Source: Nitrospirota bacterium (lineage in GTDB: Bacteria > Nitrospirota > UBA9217). From it: 64,000 nucleotides of DNA. The stretch covers positions 672,001 through 736,000 of the forward strand of contig CAWBNQ010000001.1 in NCBI GenBank assembly GCA_963790205.1, written 5' to 3'. The notes under the pieces are model-generated. The model was not told the DNA's origin and did not search any database. It saw nothing but the letters and a program-made list of their open reading frames with translations. Shown piece by piece: positions 9,598-19,342 of this stretch. The position numbers were made by a program, and so were the translations under genes. Positions within the stretch are counted from its first letter, which is position 1. Every line of letters begins with the position of its first letter.

Positions 9598-10779
9598 TCA
9601 ATTTATCGAAAAAACCTCATGCAATAGTGATTGAAATAAATGTTCTGCCTGTCGTAATGATTCCACCTGTGTCGTATGCAGACCTTCGTGGTTCCGAATG
9701 CCCTCAACATATTTTATTTGCAGCGGCATCGGGGGCAGTGGAATCCGTAATTCGGACAAGGTTGATGTGTTCATGAAAGTGTACGCATCTTCTTGCCCGG
9801 TCTTTAACTTACCAATTTTTGAAGCAAAATAGGTCATCAGTATCACGAAATATTCGGGCAAGCACTTTGTCGGATCAAGAGAAAGTCTAATAGTGTTACT
9901 GTGAATGATGGACTTCTCATAGCTGGTCTTAACTATAGCCATTCTTCCGACAGTTCCAGCACGCGATACGATGATATCACCGTTCCTAACCGTGTAAGCT
10001 TTAAGCTCCTCATATTTTTGGGGAGTAATGTAAAAACATTTGTCCTCGCGGAATTCGTTCGCACCCACGCAGTCCACCGTCCATACCGGGATGCCGCTTG
10101 AAACATATTCATCCTTCTTAAGGGCGCTACCAAATGGACCACATTTTACACCATCTTTATTGTTAGGGAACAATTCTTCAACCTGATAAAGAGAATAGTT
10201 GTTTGGATTGTGAAAGGGATCGCCAAAAAATTTCAGGAAAACTGATGGAAGCACTGTATCATTAATGTCCAGAGCATATCGGCGCATTTGTCTCAAATTG
10301 TCGGCACTTTTTAACATCTCAGCTATAAGCTTTTGCTCAGGCATATCGCGATAGGGTATTTCAACAGCCTCCATAATTTCTTTTGTGACCTCGTCAAAAG
10401 TTGCTCCTCTCCCTTTATTGACGATGGCAGGTGTCAAATATTTAAGCGCGAAGTATCCGTAAAGTGGATTGAGATATTTATTTGGAATAATATTTTTGAA
10501 ACCTTGATTTGTACAAAGCGGGAAGGCAGTAACGGCACAATGTCCGATTGGCGCTCGGCTACTAAACAAAATGGTTCCTGTCGGTAGCATTTTTAAAGAA
10601 CAGCTGTCATATCCTTTTTTTGATATTTTTTTTAATGCTCCGTGAAAATATATTTTGTCATTCGATGATAAATCCGCGGGTGTTACCCATGGGATATCAC
10701 CATTCCAATATTTTGGCTCGTTAGTTCTAGGCGTAGATCCAGAGACTATTTTACCGAGCTCACTTAGAGGCTTTATCAT
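9598..10779 (-). CDS. hsdS: Type I RM specificity subunit
   Basis: SGSTP…YWNGDIPW, SSRAPIG, TNQGF, GPFGS, IPLPP..LQ; two TRDs. Confidence 0.92.
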   Translation of the reverse strand: MIKPLSELGKIVSGSTPRTNEPKYWNGDIPWVTPADLSSNDKIYFHGALKKISKKGYDSCSLKMLPTGTILFSSRAPIGHCAVTAFPLCTNQGFKNIIPNKYLNPLYGYFALKYLTPAIVNKGRGATFDEVTKEIMEAVEIPYRDMPEQKLIAEMLKSADNLRQMRRYALDINDTVLPSVFLKFFGDPFHNPNNYSLYQVEELFPNNKDGVKCGPFGSALKKDEYVSSGIPVWTVDCVGANEFREDKCFYITPQKYEELKAYTVRNGDIIVSRAGTVGRMAIVKTSYEKSIIHSNTIRLSLDPTKCLPEYFVILMTYFASKIGKLKTGQEDAYTFMNTSTLSELRIPLPPMPLQIKYVEGIRNHEGLHTTQVESLRQAEHLFQSLLHEVFSIN

Positions 10780-12493
10780 ATTTAGAAATTACCTTGTTTA
10801 GCAAAGCTATTTTTTTTGTAGACGCTATATCAATTTGCTGTAGACGTCTGAGAGTCATCTCTGGCTTCTCGAAAAACACTTCTTCATATTCCATCTGCCT
10901 ATAACGGCTTACGGATAAGTCGTAGTTCTTATTCTTAACATTCTCTTTGGTAATCCAGAACTGACGGCCGAGCTGATTTATTTCTTGCTGTAATGGTGAT
11001 ATTTTCAATTGAAGATTTGCTAGCTCACCCTCTGCTTTTTCCCTTGTCTTGCGCGCCTTATCTGAATCCTTCTCGGAAGCAATTACTTCCTCAAATTTCA
11101 ATCGATGAATTATTTGTTGATGTTTTAACTGTTCTTTCTTTAGCGGTGCAACTTGCTGCTTTAGCTTCTCTAGTCGGTCCGTTCTTTTTTGCATAAATTT
11201 CGTCTCACTACGTCTATCCCAGCATTCAAGAAGGTCCGGGATATCATTCTCTGATACCTTTTCTCTTTTATCATCAAGCGAAAATCCATCATGCTGCATG
11301 TCATAAAACCATATTTTATCGGTTGTTGCGCCCTTTGTAAAAACAAGCACCGCAGTTGATACACCGGCATACGGGCGGAATACACCTGACGGCATAGAAA
11401 TAACGGCGTCCAGACGGTTTTCCTCAATTAGCTTCCTTCTTATTTCCACATGGGCTTTAGATGAGCCGAAGAGGACTCCGTCTGGAACAATTACCGCACC
11501 TCTGCCACCGTTTTCCAACAACCTTACAAACAGGTGAAGAAACAGTATCTCTGTCTTTTTCACCTTGGTCGGAAGTGTCGGATTTACATCGAGTGAGTCA
11601 ATTGCTCCTTTGAATGGCGGATTTGCAAGAACCACATCATAGCTTCGCTCTTCGCTATATGCTTTTGACAGGGTATCCTTCCACCTAAAGTTCGGTTCAT
11701 CGATTCCATGGAGAATAAGGTTCATGCAGCCGATTCGGAGCATGGTCATGCCTGAGTCGCTGTCATAACCAGTAAACGCCTTTGATTGAAGAAATTTATG
11801 CTCCTCTTTTGAGAGCTTATCCCCAACAAGAAAGTGTGGCCAACCTTCCTCGTCATACTTGAGAACATCTTTCTGTGTGTGTCTCTCAAGAATGTGCTGA
11901 TAAGCGTTAACCAGAAACCCGCATGTGCCGGCTGCTGGATCACAGATACGCTCACCCGGACGAGGGTCGATTATTTTCACCATCATGCGGATAATGTGGC
12001 GAGGGGTTCGAAACTGTCCATTCTTTCCAGCAACGCTAAGATGGTTCAGGATGTATTCGAATATATCTCCCTGCACATCCTGGTTCTGGGAAGAGAGCTG
12101 CATTTCCTCAAGTGATTTGCACGCCTCGATGAGCAAGCTGGGTTTACTGATCTTAAATTCAGCATTGGCCATGTACTCCCCGAAAGCGCCGCCCTCACCA
12201 CCAAGACCCTTCATAAATGGGAACACTTCTTCCTTCACATGCTTTAATGCCTTTTCAGCAGGAAGTTGCGTCCAATAATCCCAGCGCAGTTCTCTCTTAG
12301 GAAATATCGGCTTATACTTAGTACCCTTCCTCTTCGCTGCATGTATGCCATCTTCTTCCTTTTCATTAAGCCTTTTTAAGAAAATTAAGTAGGAAAGTTG
12401 CTCGATAACATCTGCCGGATTTGCTAATCCGCCGGACCAGAGCTTATCCCATAACGCATCAACTTTTGAACGAAGTACTGAGTCGGTGAGCAT
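10760..12493 (-). CDS. hsdM: Type I RM N6-adenine methyltransferase subunit
   Basis: GQFRTPRHI, DPAAGTCGFL (motif I), NPPF (motif IV), VPDGVLFG. Confidence 0.95.
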   Translation of the reverse strand: MLTDSVLRSKVDALWDKLWSGGLANPADVIEQLSYLIFLKRLNEKEEDGIHAAKRKGTKYKPIFPKRELRWDYWTQLPAEKALKHVKEEVFPFMKGLGGEGGAFGEYMANAEFKISKPSLLIEACKSLEEMQLSSQNQDVQGDIFEYILNHLSVAGKNGQFRTPRHIIRMMVKIIDPRPGERICDPAAGTCGFLVNAYQHILERHTQKDVLKYDEEGWPHFLVGDKLSKEEHKFLQSKAFTGYDSDSGMTMLRIGCMNLILHGIDEPNFRWKDTLSKAYSEERSYDVVLANPPFKGAIDSLDVNPTLPTKVKKTEILFLHLFVRLLENGGRGAVIVPDGVLFGSSKAHVEIRRKLIEENRLDAVISMPSGVFRPYAGVSTAVLVFTKGATTDKIWFYDMQHDGFSLDDKREKVSENDIPDLLECWDRRSETKFMQKRTDRLEKLKQQVAPLKKEQLKHQQIIHRLKFEEVIASEKDSDKARKTREKAEGELANLQLKISPLQQEINQLGRQFWITKENVKNKNYDLSVSRYRQMEYEEVFFEKPEMTLRRLQQIDIASTKKIALLNKVISKYDKASK

Positions 12494-12501
12494 TACTCTC
12501 C

Positions 12502-15291
12502 TTACGCTGCTAGTTTAGCAGTTAAATCAATCAAATCCTTAATCTGCTGCGGAGAAAAATATCGTTCCACCGCGTTCCGTCCGAAAATCGTTAACGGCGG
12601 TTCGTAGAGATCGGCCTCGGAAATAGTCCTTTTCTGTAAGAAAACTTCTTGCACTGACCGAAGAAATCTGATCTGGTCCCCTGTATAGTTGTGGCTGGTA
12701 ATGTGCTCGTCAAAAGCCTGTTTAACTATATGCTGATAATCAGGCAGGTCGTCCATCTCGAGGATATACCAGATAAATCCAAGGAAATCGAAAGACCTTG
12801 AACCGGCATTAATATCTATGAAGTTTTTGCCGTATGCCTTCATAATATTCTGCTTCGTTACACGGAGATCGCTCTTGCCCAATTCTTGGCTAAGCGTCCG
12901 CTCTAATGCTGCCATATCTTCTAGGGAAATGGTTTTGCCTTCGCGTATGGCTTTAAGCGTGGGATGAGTTTCTGCGATTCTCAATATACGTGCTTCTATT
13001 TGTTTTCTGTATTCTTCAACATAAATCTGCTTGCCGCCTTCCCCGATGGTTATATATCCTCGGGTTGCAATGAAGTCTGGCAAGTCCAAATTAAGGAAAT
13101 AGCCCGGCCTGTCCCTTCGGTTCTTCATTTCCCCGGCAAAGTCAGTGATTATCTGATGTATCTGTTCCGAAGATGCAACCGCAAGATCCTGAGATAAGCT
13201 CAATTTCACTGAAGATTCTTTTGCCGGATTCTTCAATACAAACTCCGGTAATAAACTTACGTCCTCAGCAATAGAGGTTAATAGATCTGCTGACGGTTTG
13301 CTGCACATTATTTGAAGCTTCAAGCGCTCAAGCTTACTCGTAAATGTTTCTGCTGCAACATCCACATTGGGTACGTGACGCAGCAGAGGACCCACCTTGA
13401 GCCGCAAATAATTTATCTTATCAGTCGTCATAAAGAGCCAAAATGAATCTTCCCAAGCTTCCGACACTTCTCCCCACATTTTTCGAATCGGAAATGACTC
13501 GACAGGAATTCTCCCGATCATTGCACGCATGTCTTGCAATGCCTGTTGGTAAGTAAATGAGCCCTGGTCTCCAAGATTGTTTTCCAGCAACTTCAGCCGG
13601 GTATTGAATATTGAAACAAGAACCGGCACCTGAACATGCTGTTTTTCTTCAGTCTTTTTCTCGAAGTCGTTCTGCCAAAAGTCAATTATCTTGAATTCTG
13701 TTTTTTTCCCATCAGGAAGACGATCGCGATATCTACATGCCTCGTTATTTCTGGTTCCTCTACCGATCATCTGCCATAGCTTTATCGGTGATTGAACAGG
13801 CTTCATAAAAACGAGATTTACTACCTCGGGAACATCGACGCCAGTATCGAGCATGTCCACGGACAAAGCAATTCTCGGAAGATCATTCTTCTTGAACTTA
13901 GTTATTAAGCCGTCACCGTACGTGCCGTCGTGCACGCGCTCCATGCCGTGGTAAATCGTTTGAACCATACCAACATGCTGAGGATACATTTCCTCAAAGA
14001 CTAGTCTTATTCTTTCAGCGTGCTTCTTGGTTATAGCGAAAATTATAGTTTTCCCCACCAGGTGGCCAGATTTGTCCTTAATGCTAACATCCAGAATCTC
14101 TTCCCACTGCCTGCGAAGCGTATCTTTGTTGCTGACAAGTACTTCAAGATCTGTTCCTGAATAATCAATCTGGTCAGGGTCGAGACCTTGTTCAATTAGG
14201 GCATTACGCTCTTCCTCACTCAGGTCTGCGCCCTTAATACCCTTGCGCTGAAATCCTGTCTGAGCCTGATATAAGCTGAAGTCAACGAGATAGCGTTCTT
14301 TAATGGCTTGATCATAGGGATATAGGAATGTAGGTTCTGTTCCGCTGCATTTAAAGACAAGAAACGTATCGCGATCAATGAAGTTCGCCGGGGTCGCCGT
14401 TAGTCCGATCATCCTGGCATCAAAATACTCGATAACTTCCGTGAATCTATTGAAGATAGAGCGGTGTGCTTCATCAAATATAATAAGATCGAAGAATGCG
14501 GGGCTAAACTGCTCGAAGCAGCGCCCCATGGTCTGGAGTGTGGCCACGAACAAACGCTTCGTAGTGTCAATATTATTGGTGAACACCCGGTCCCGAGGCT
14601 CATTTGGAAGGTAGGTTTTGAAACCATCACCTAGTGCTTGTTCTACAAGTGCATCTCGATCAGCTACAAACAGGACATGCTGGGCCTGAGACGCCCTCAA
14701 GAACAGGTCAACCAGAGCCATCGTCGTCCGTGTTTTGCCGGTGCCCGTTGCCATTACGAGAAGGGCGCGTCGTTTCCCTTGGACAAATGCCTCAGAAACC
14801 CTCCGGATAGCTTCGTGTTGATAAGGACGATTTACGATCGAATTGCTGATTGAGAATGACGCCAGAGGTTTCTGATTCTGTCGGATAAATTGAAGCCTCT
14901 TGATGTCGTCAGGTGTGAAGAATCCAGCTACGAGCCGGGGATTGGCTACTCCTATTTCCCAGAAATAGGTCTCATGGCCATTTGATAAAAATCCGAAGGG
15001 TTGAAAACCTTGTCGCTTTCCAATTTCCTCGATATAATACTGCAGTTGTGCTTCGCCTTCCCGGGGGCTTCGGGAGGTCCGTTTGGCCTCGATTACAACG
15101 CAGACATTCCCCTCAGCGTCATACAGGCAATAATCGGTTACTCCGTTCCACGGCTCGGCATCATAACCGTCAACAGGAACCTCAAACCGGACTTGTGTAC
15201 GATTCTTCAGATCCCATTGTGCGTGCTCGAGCTGAGGATCAATACGCTTGGTTCGAGTTTTTGATTCGCTTTCAGACATGTCTTTAGTCAA
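12502..15291 (-). CDS. hsdR: Type I RM restriction subunit (EcoEI/EcoAI-like)
   Basis: DY…IEAK nuclease motif, MATGTGKT, DEAHRS, LTATP, QMIGRGTR, C-terminal LYEPP. Confidence 0.95.
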   Translation of the reverse strand: MTKDMSESESKTRTKRIDPQLEHAQWDLKNRTQVRFEVPVDGYDAEPWNGVTDYCLYDAEGNVCVVIEAKRTSRSPREGEAQLQYYIEEIGKRQGFQPFGFLSNGHETYFWEIGVANPRLVAGFFTPDDIKRLQFIRQNQKPLASFSISNSIVNRPYQHEAIRRVSEAFVQGKRRALLVMATGTGKTRTTMALVDLFLRASQAQHVLFVADRDALVEQALGDGFKTYLPNEPRDRVFTNNIDTTKRLFVATLQTMGRCFEQFSPAFFDLIIFDEAHRSIFNRFTEVIEYFDARMIGLTATPANFIDRDTFLVFKCSGTEPTFLYPYDQAIKERYLVDFSLYQAQTGFQRKGIKGADLSEEERNALIEQGLDPDQIDYSGTDLEVLVSNKDTLRRQWEEILDVSIKDKSGHLVGKTIIFAITKKHAERIRLVFEEMYPQHVGMVQTIYHGMERVHDGTYGDGLITKFKKNDLPRIALSVDMLDTGVDVPEVVNLVFMKPVQSPIKLWQMIGRGTRNNEACRYRDRLPDGKKTEFKIIDFWQNDFEKKTEEKQHVQVPVLVSIFNTRLKLLENNLGDQGSFTYQQALQDMRAMIGRIPVESFPIRKMWGEVSEAWEDSFWLFMTTDKINYLRLKVGPLLRHVPNVDVAAETFTSKLERLKLQIMCSKPSADLLTSIAEDVSLLPEFVLKNPAKESSVKLSLSQDLAVASSEQIHQIITDFAGEMKNRRDRPGYFLNLDLPDFIATRGYITIGEGGKQIYVEEYRKQIEARILRIAETHPTLKAIREGKTISLEDMAALERTLSQELGKSDLRVTKQNIMKAYGKNFIDINAGSRSFDFLGFIWYILEMDDLPDYQHIVKQAFDEHITSHNYTGDQIRFLRSVQEVFLQKRTISEADLYEPPLTIFGRNAVERYFSPQQIKDLIDLTAKLAA

Positions 15292-15772
15292 CTAATAAGC
15301 ACTTACACGCTCAGTTTTCCGCGATAAGATCGTGGAATTGCACGATAGTCATCCAGCTGAAGTTTCTAAGCAGCTCACCGGCCGCGATGGAGAGGGAGTC
15401 GGCCAGGTTCTTGAGATCGCTGAATTGAGTCTAGTCGCAGTCGATCCGGAATATGATAACTTTTGCCGAATAGTTGCAAAGATTATCCGCAAACGACGCA
15501 GATATTTGTCACCGACCGACTTTACTACAGATCGTTACAAAAGTCCAGAATATGATGGGTATTTTGGTGGGAGCAAGTGCAGAGGAGGTATGATGCCGTT
15601 TAAAGATTATAAAGCTCAAATCATGACCGCAAGTCAGCTTCCGAATAAATCTCGTATTCTATTCTAACCAGCAAATCAAACATAGTATGTATCCCGGCAA
15701 AAGTGCTCATAAAGCGTTGCGGAGTTTTATCACCTAGTGCCTTGATCAAGGTACTCATCCCTTTGCAGAATC

Positions 15773-16012
15773 TTAAACGGGATCATTGATATTACTGGCG
15801 CTTTCAATACTTTTAATAAATCGGATAACGAACTGATGAAAAGGCAAACCATCAACTTCACCGATTTTGCCCGTAATTTTAGCGACATATTTGTCACGGT
15901 CTGCTCGTACACTTGCGACAACATCTCCATAGTTGATAGACAGGCTCATATTTGCCGTAGGATCGATAGGGTTGCTTGCTTTGCCAGTTTCACTTTTTGC
16001 CTTACGGTGCAT
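15773..16012 (-). CDS. Small hypothetical protein
   Basis: 79-aa ORF with GAGGAG RBS, divergent from the XRE gene. Confidence 0.45.
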   Translation of the reverse strand: MHRKAKSETGKASNPIDPTANMSLSINYGDVVASVRADRDKYVAKITGKIGEVDGLPFHQFVIRFIKSIESASNINDPV

Positions 16013-16180
16013 TTAATTCTCCTCTCGCTACCATTTATAAAACTGATACTCGCGAATTGCGATTCGCAGAACGTGTGTCTTAAGTCTACATTATATGACG
16101 GATTTGTCAATATTTTTCTATTTTTGATGTTGTGTTAAAAACCTCCTTGAAAGTTAATGATAACAAAACTTGGAGGACGC

Positions 16181-16504
16181 ATGAAACCGACAACGAAGAA
16201 GCTGCTGGGGGCAAGAATCAAAGAGCTGCGTAAATCAAGAGGCTTCTCGCAAGACGAGCTCGCGGAAAAAGTAGATATCGACGCCAAACACATGAGCCGC
16301 ATCGAAGTAGGTGGCAGCTACCCCTCCCTGGATACTTTGGACCGGATTGCCAAGGCACTCGGCGTCGAACTAAAAGATTTTTTCGATATAGTTCATGAAT
16401 CAAAGAGAGCCGATCTCATACGAGCAATAATGAGCTTGATCAAAGATGCTGACGATGCCCAATTGAAACTCCTCGTCAAAATTGCTCGCGCCACTGTACG
16501 CTAG
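16181..16504 (+). CDS. XRE-family HTH regulator (RM controller-like)
   Basis: LGARIKELRKSRGFSQDELAEKV…SRIEVG…PSLDTLDRIAKAL; GGAGG RBS. Confidence 0.9.
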   Translation: MKPTTKKLLGARIKELRKSRGFSQDELAEKVDIDAKHMSRIEVGGSYPSLDTLDRIAKALGVELKDFFDIVHESKRADLIRAIMSLIKDADDAQLKLLVKIARATVR

Positions 16505-16582
16505 TTTCAGGCAGACGAATTAAATCTCTCTAGTCCGCGGCGGGAGTCTCTGACTCAGTGCATGCTAGACTTTTCGCAAAGA

Positions 16583-17059
16583 TCAGCCAACCTCAAGCTC
16601 GTTAAAGGGAAACAGGTTATCCGAGGGAGCAATGTTGTTCGTGCTTATGTATTCTTTTAATTCCTGGAATAACTGCTCTGGCAGCATCATGCCTCGCGGC
16701 TGCCAAGAGGGTACGAATAATCTATCGGCTGAGACATCAGCGCCTTTAAGTCCCGCCAATTCATTGATACGCAGTTGATATATTAGCAACAATTCAAGAC
16801 ATAAGGTGAAGGGTTCCATCATTTTTTTATTATTTTCTTTTGTGCTCGCTGAAGTAGTAAGTTTGCTCTTGCTCAGCATTGGTAGAAGCTTCTCTGATAA
16901 AACCGCAATTTTCTCCCACTCGCCACTACGTTTTTTCATTTCTTTTAACCATCTCATTACTTCTACAAACTTTTCTCTTTCGGTCTTATGGTTTGTGTCT
17001 TCACAAATGCCGCGTATTATTCCGAGGGCGCAGGAAGCAGCTATTGTGTCTATATCCAT
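16583..17059 (-). CDS. Hypothetical protein with truncated tyrosine-recombinase-like C-terminal segment
   Basis: LELLLIYQLRINELAGLKGAD resembles box I (GxRxxEL..L…D); no box II. Confidence 0.5.
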   Translation of the reverse strand: MDIDTIAASCALGIIRGICEDTNHKTEREKFVEVMRWLKEMKKRSGEWEKIAVLSEKLLPMLSKSKLTTSASTKENNKKMMEPFTLCLELLLIYQLRINELAGLKGADVSADRLFVPSWQPRGMMLPEQLFQELKEYISTNNIAPSDNLFPFNELEVG

Positions 17060-17079
17060 TCGAGTTTCTCCTTGTATCG

Positions 17080-17556
17080 CTATTTGATACGCCTGATCTT
17101 CTCGTATTGTTTCAGTTTAGTCCGCAATAGGTCGATTTCTCGTTGGAAGCTCTGAAATCGATCCTTATAGTCATCATTCTCGGATTGCAGCCGATTATTT
17201 TCTCTTGCAAGATTCAACTTGTCGATCGACAGTTGTTTATTTGTCTGCAAAAGGATTTTATATCGTTCGTTGATGTTCGATGGTTCTACGTTGTTGTTTT
17301 TTTCAAGCGATATATTACTCTTATTTTTTACTTTCCGAATATATGCGAGTGCCCCGGGGTATCGGTAAATCGTATCTCTGCCAATTTCGGCTTCACGTGC
17401 TACTGACGTAGGGGTCATTTTGGTCCACTTACCGATTATCTGGGGCTTCCGGGATTCAATTCGCTGAATTGCCGAATGAATACGCTCTTCGGTTTGAGCC
17501 GTTCTTTTTGCTGCAGCTCTTTTGAGGGCTTCTGGATTTCCTTTTTTGGGCGTCAA
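17080..17556 (-). CDS. Small HTH plus coiled-coil accessory protein (Srap/GinD/TnpC-like)
   Basis: MTPTSVAREAEIGRDTIYRY HTH and C-terminal coiled coil; fourth gene of the recombinase operon. Confidence 0.7.
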   Translation of the reverse strand: MTPKKGNPEALKRAAAKRTAQTEERIHSAIQRIESRKPQIIGKWTKMTPTSVAREAEIGRDTIYRYPGALAYIRKVKNKSNISLEKNNNVEPSNINERYKILLQTNKQLSIDKLNLARENNRLQSENDDYKDRFQSFQREIDLLRTKLKQYEKIRRIK

Positions 17557-19342
17557 TCTTGTTCTCCTTATTAGATCCGCCTTGGAGTTTATTTATAATT
17601 GGCATGACAAAGGTGTCAAGCTGAGTCTTAATATATTGCCTGTTTATGGATTTATTTTTGCTCATCGATAGTAGTTTTTCGTGCTTTTCTTTTAAACGAA
17701 GCCAAAGGGGCAGATGTTCCTGAGTAACAACTGCATTGTCGCATATATTGGGATTGCATCTACATTCAAGGCCCGCCTCACATCTTGCCTGTTCGGGATT
17801 CCAGATGCATAGGCCGAGAAACGTGCTGCGAACATATAGATCTGCAATGATTTCTTTAAACAAACTTTCTTTCTCTCTCACTGTTTTGCCGCTAAAGTAG
17901 GCATCTCGATTATCAGCTATATGCTGGCCTCCCTTGCCCGCAAGAGCGATTGAATCCAGCAAGATTGGTCTCAGAATGTCCCGAGTCACTTCAATGCTCA
18001 TTGCGTAAACTTCCTGCTTCAAATCCTCGTCATCTGTTTCCGCATACCAGATGGTCATATCCATACTCAAATGCTTAAATTGTGTCTGCAAAAACTTTAA
18101 ATTACATTTATTTTCTTTCATCATATAATATGCAAAAGATCTTCTGAATTGATGGGTATGTATTCTCCACCGTTTACCATTATAAAGAGCCACATTGTTA
18201 TTTTTAATAAATTTTTTCAATTGACCATTGGCGCTCTGGTTTGACAGGATCATGACCCGATCGCCAGACTCGATCAGAAATAATTCTTTTAGCCCCGACT
18301 CCTCTCGTAACGGTTTCGTAAGCAAGGATAAAACGTCAACTGCTGTTTTAACAACTTTAGGTACCATCCAGTGTTCCAGTTTAGGCTGAGTGTGAGGCTT
18401 ATACGTGAGTGAAAAAATTTTATAAATAATGCCGCTGCCCTTTTTTTTCTTCTTTTTAATGCAATTATCTTGAATGCTGACAACTTCGGAGTCGCGCATG
18501 CCTGAGAAAAAGGCAATGATGATGTAGCAAGCCATTCTAAGATTTGTAACGTCTCGGTTTAGAGCGTGAATACTCGGTAAGTTATGTGTCTGGCAAAAAC
18601 GCGTGCGTGCCTTGTCTCGGAAGTTTGCCGATCGATTTTTAAATTGCTTTCTCAGATTTCGATACTCGTGATAAATATTAATGATAGAAACTTTTGTTTC
18701 TACATGTTTTAAGGCCTTGCCAATGAGGTCCGCGAGTACTATCTCGGGAATGCGAAGAGTCTTGTTCTTTTCTTGTTCGGCTAAATTATTACCGACCAAG
18801 CTTCCGGTTGGTTCGTAGTTGAAGGGATGTTCGCTAATTGCGTCATCAATCACCGATTTTTGTCTGAAAAGATCGACGAGAATATCAAGAAGTGCGCCTT
18901 TTCTTGATTTTGAGATTGATAAGGAAAGTACATATTTTAAATAATCTTGGCAGGCCGTTTTATCAAGCTCGGCAAATTTATTATAGGCTCTGCTAGCCAT
19001 CCATTTCAGTAGTTTTCTTAAAGGATATATTTTGCTCAAGATAGTAATGCGCTTTACGCGAGATGAGGAGCTGAATAAGAGAGAGTATATGAAGTTTCTG
19101 GTGCTATCATACAATTCTTCATGCTTCGCATCTGTGATCTTTGTCTTGTCGTTAAATACAAATCTGTTCCAGTCAATAATCTTTCGGTAATCGGTTATAT
19201 TCTTATTGGGGATTTCTTTGACAAAATCCCAACATTGGTCACTATAATTCGACACTTTAGAAACAAAGAGATTCTTTCTTCTTTTTTGAGAAATTTTATT
19301 TATGATGATCGGGCCAGACTCTGTATTTAAGCGAGTTATCAT
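17456..19342 (-). CDS. Large tyrosine recombinase (IntB/GinC-like)
   Basis: Complete catalytic set: SGMRDSE, HQFRRSFA, FKH…MTIWY; Cys-rich C-terminus. Confidence 0.85.
   Translation of the reverse strand: MITRLNTESGPIIINKISQKRRKNLFVSKVSNYSDQCWDFVKEIPNKNITDYRKIIDWNRFVFNDKTKITDAKHEELYDSTRNFIYSLLFSSSSRVKRITILSKIYPLRKLLKWMASRAYNKFAELDKTACQDYLKYVLSLSISKSRKGALLDILVDLFRQKSVIDDAISEHPFNYEPTGSLVGNNLAEQEKNKTLRIPEIVLADLIGKALKHVETKVSIINIYHEYRNLRKQFKNRSANFRDKARTRFCQTHNLPSIHALNRDVTNLRMACYIIIAFFSGMRDSEVVSIQDNCIKKKKKKGSGIIYKIFSLTYKPHTQPKLEHWMVPKVVKTAVDVLSLLTKPLREESGLKELFLIESGDRVMILSNQSANGQLKKFIKNNNVALYNGKRWRIHTHQFRRSFAYYMMKENKCNLKFLQTQFKHLSMDMTIWYAETDDEDLKQEVYAMSIEVTRDILRPILLDSIALAGKGGQHIADNRDAYFSGKTVREKESLFKEIIADLYVRSTFLGLCIWNPEQARCEAGLECRCNPNICDNAVVTQEHLPLWLRLKEKHEKLLSMSKNKSINRQYIKTQLDTFVMPIINKLQGGSNKENKIDAQKRKSRSPQKSCSKKNGSNRRAYSFGNSAN

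Noticed and set aside
15332..15667. 111-aa plus-strand ORF upstream of hsdR
   Set aside because: No RBS or recognisable domain.
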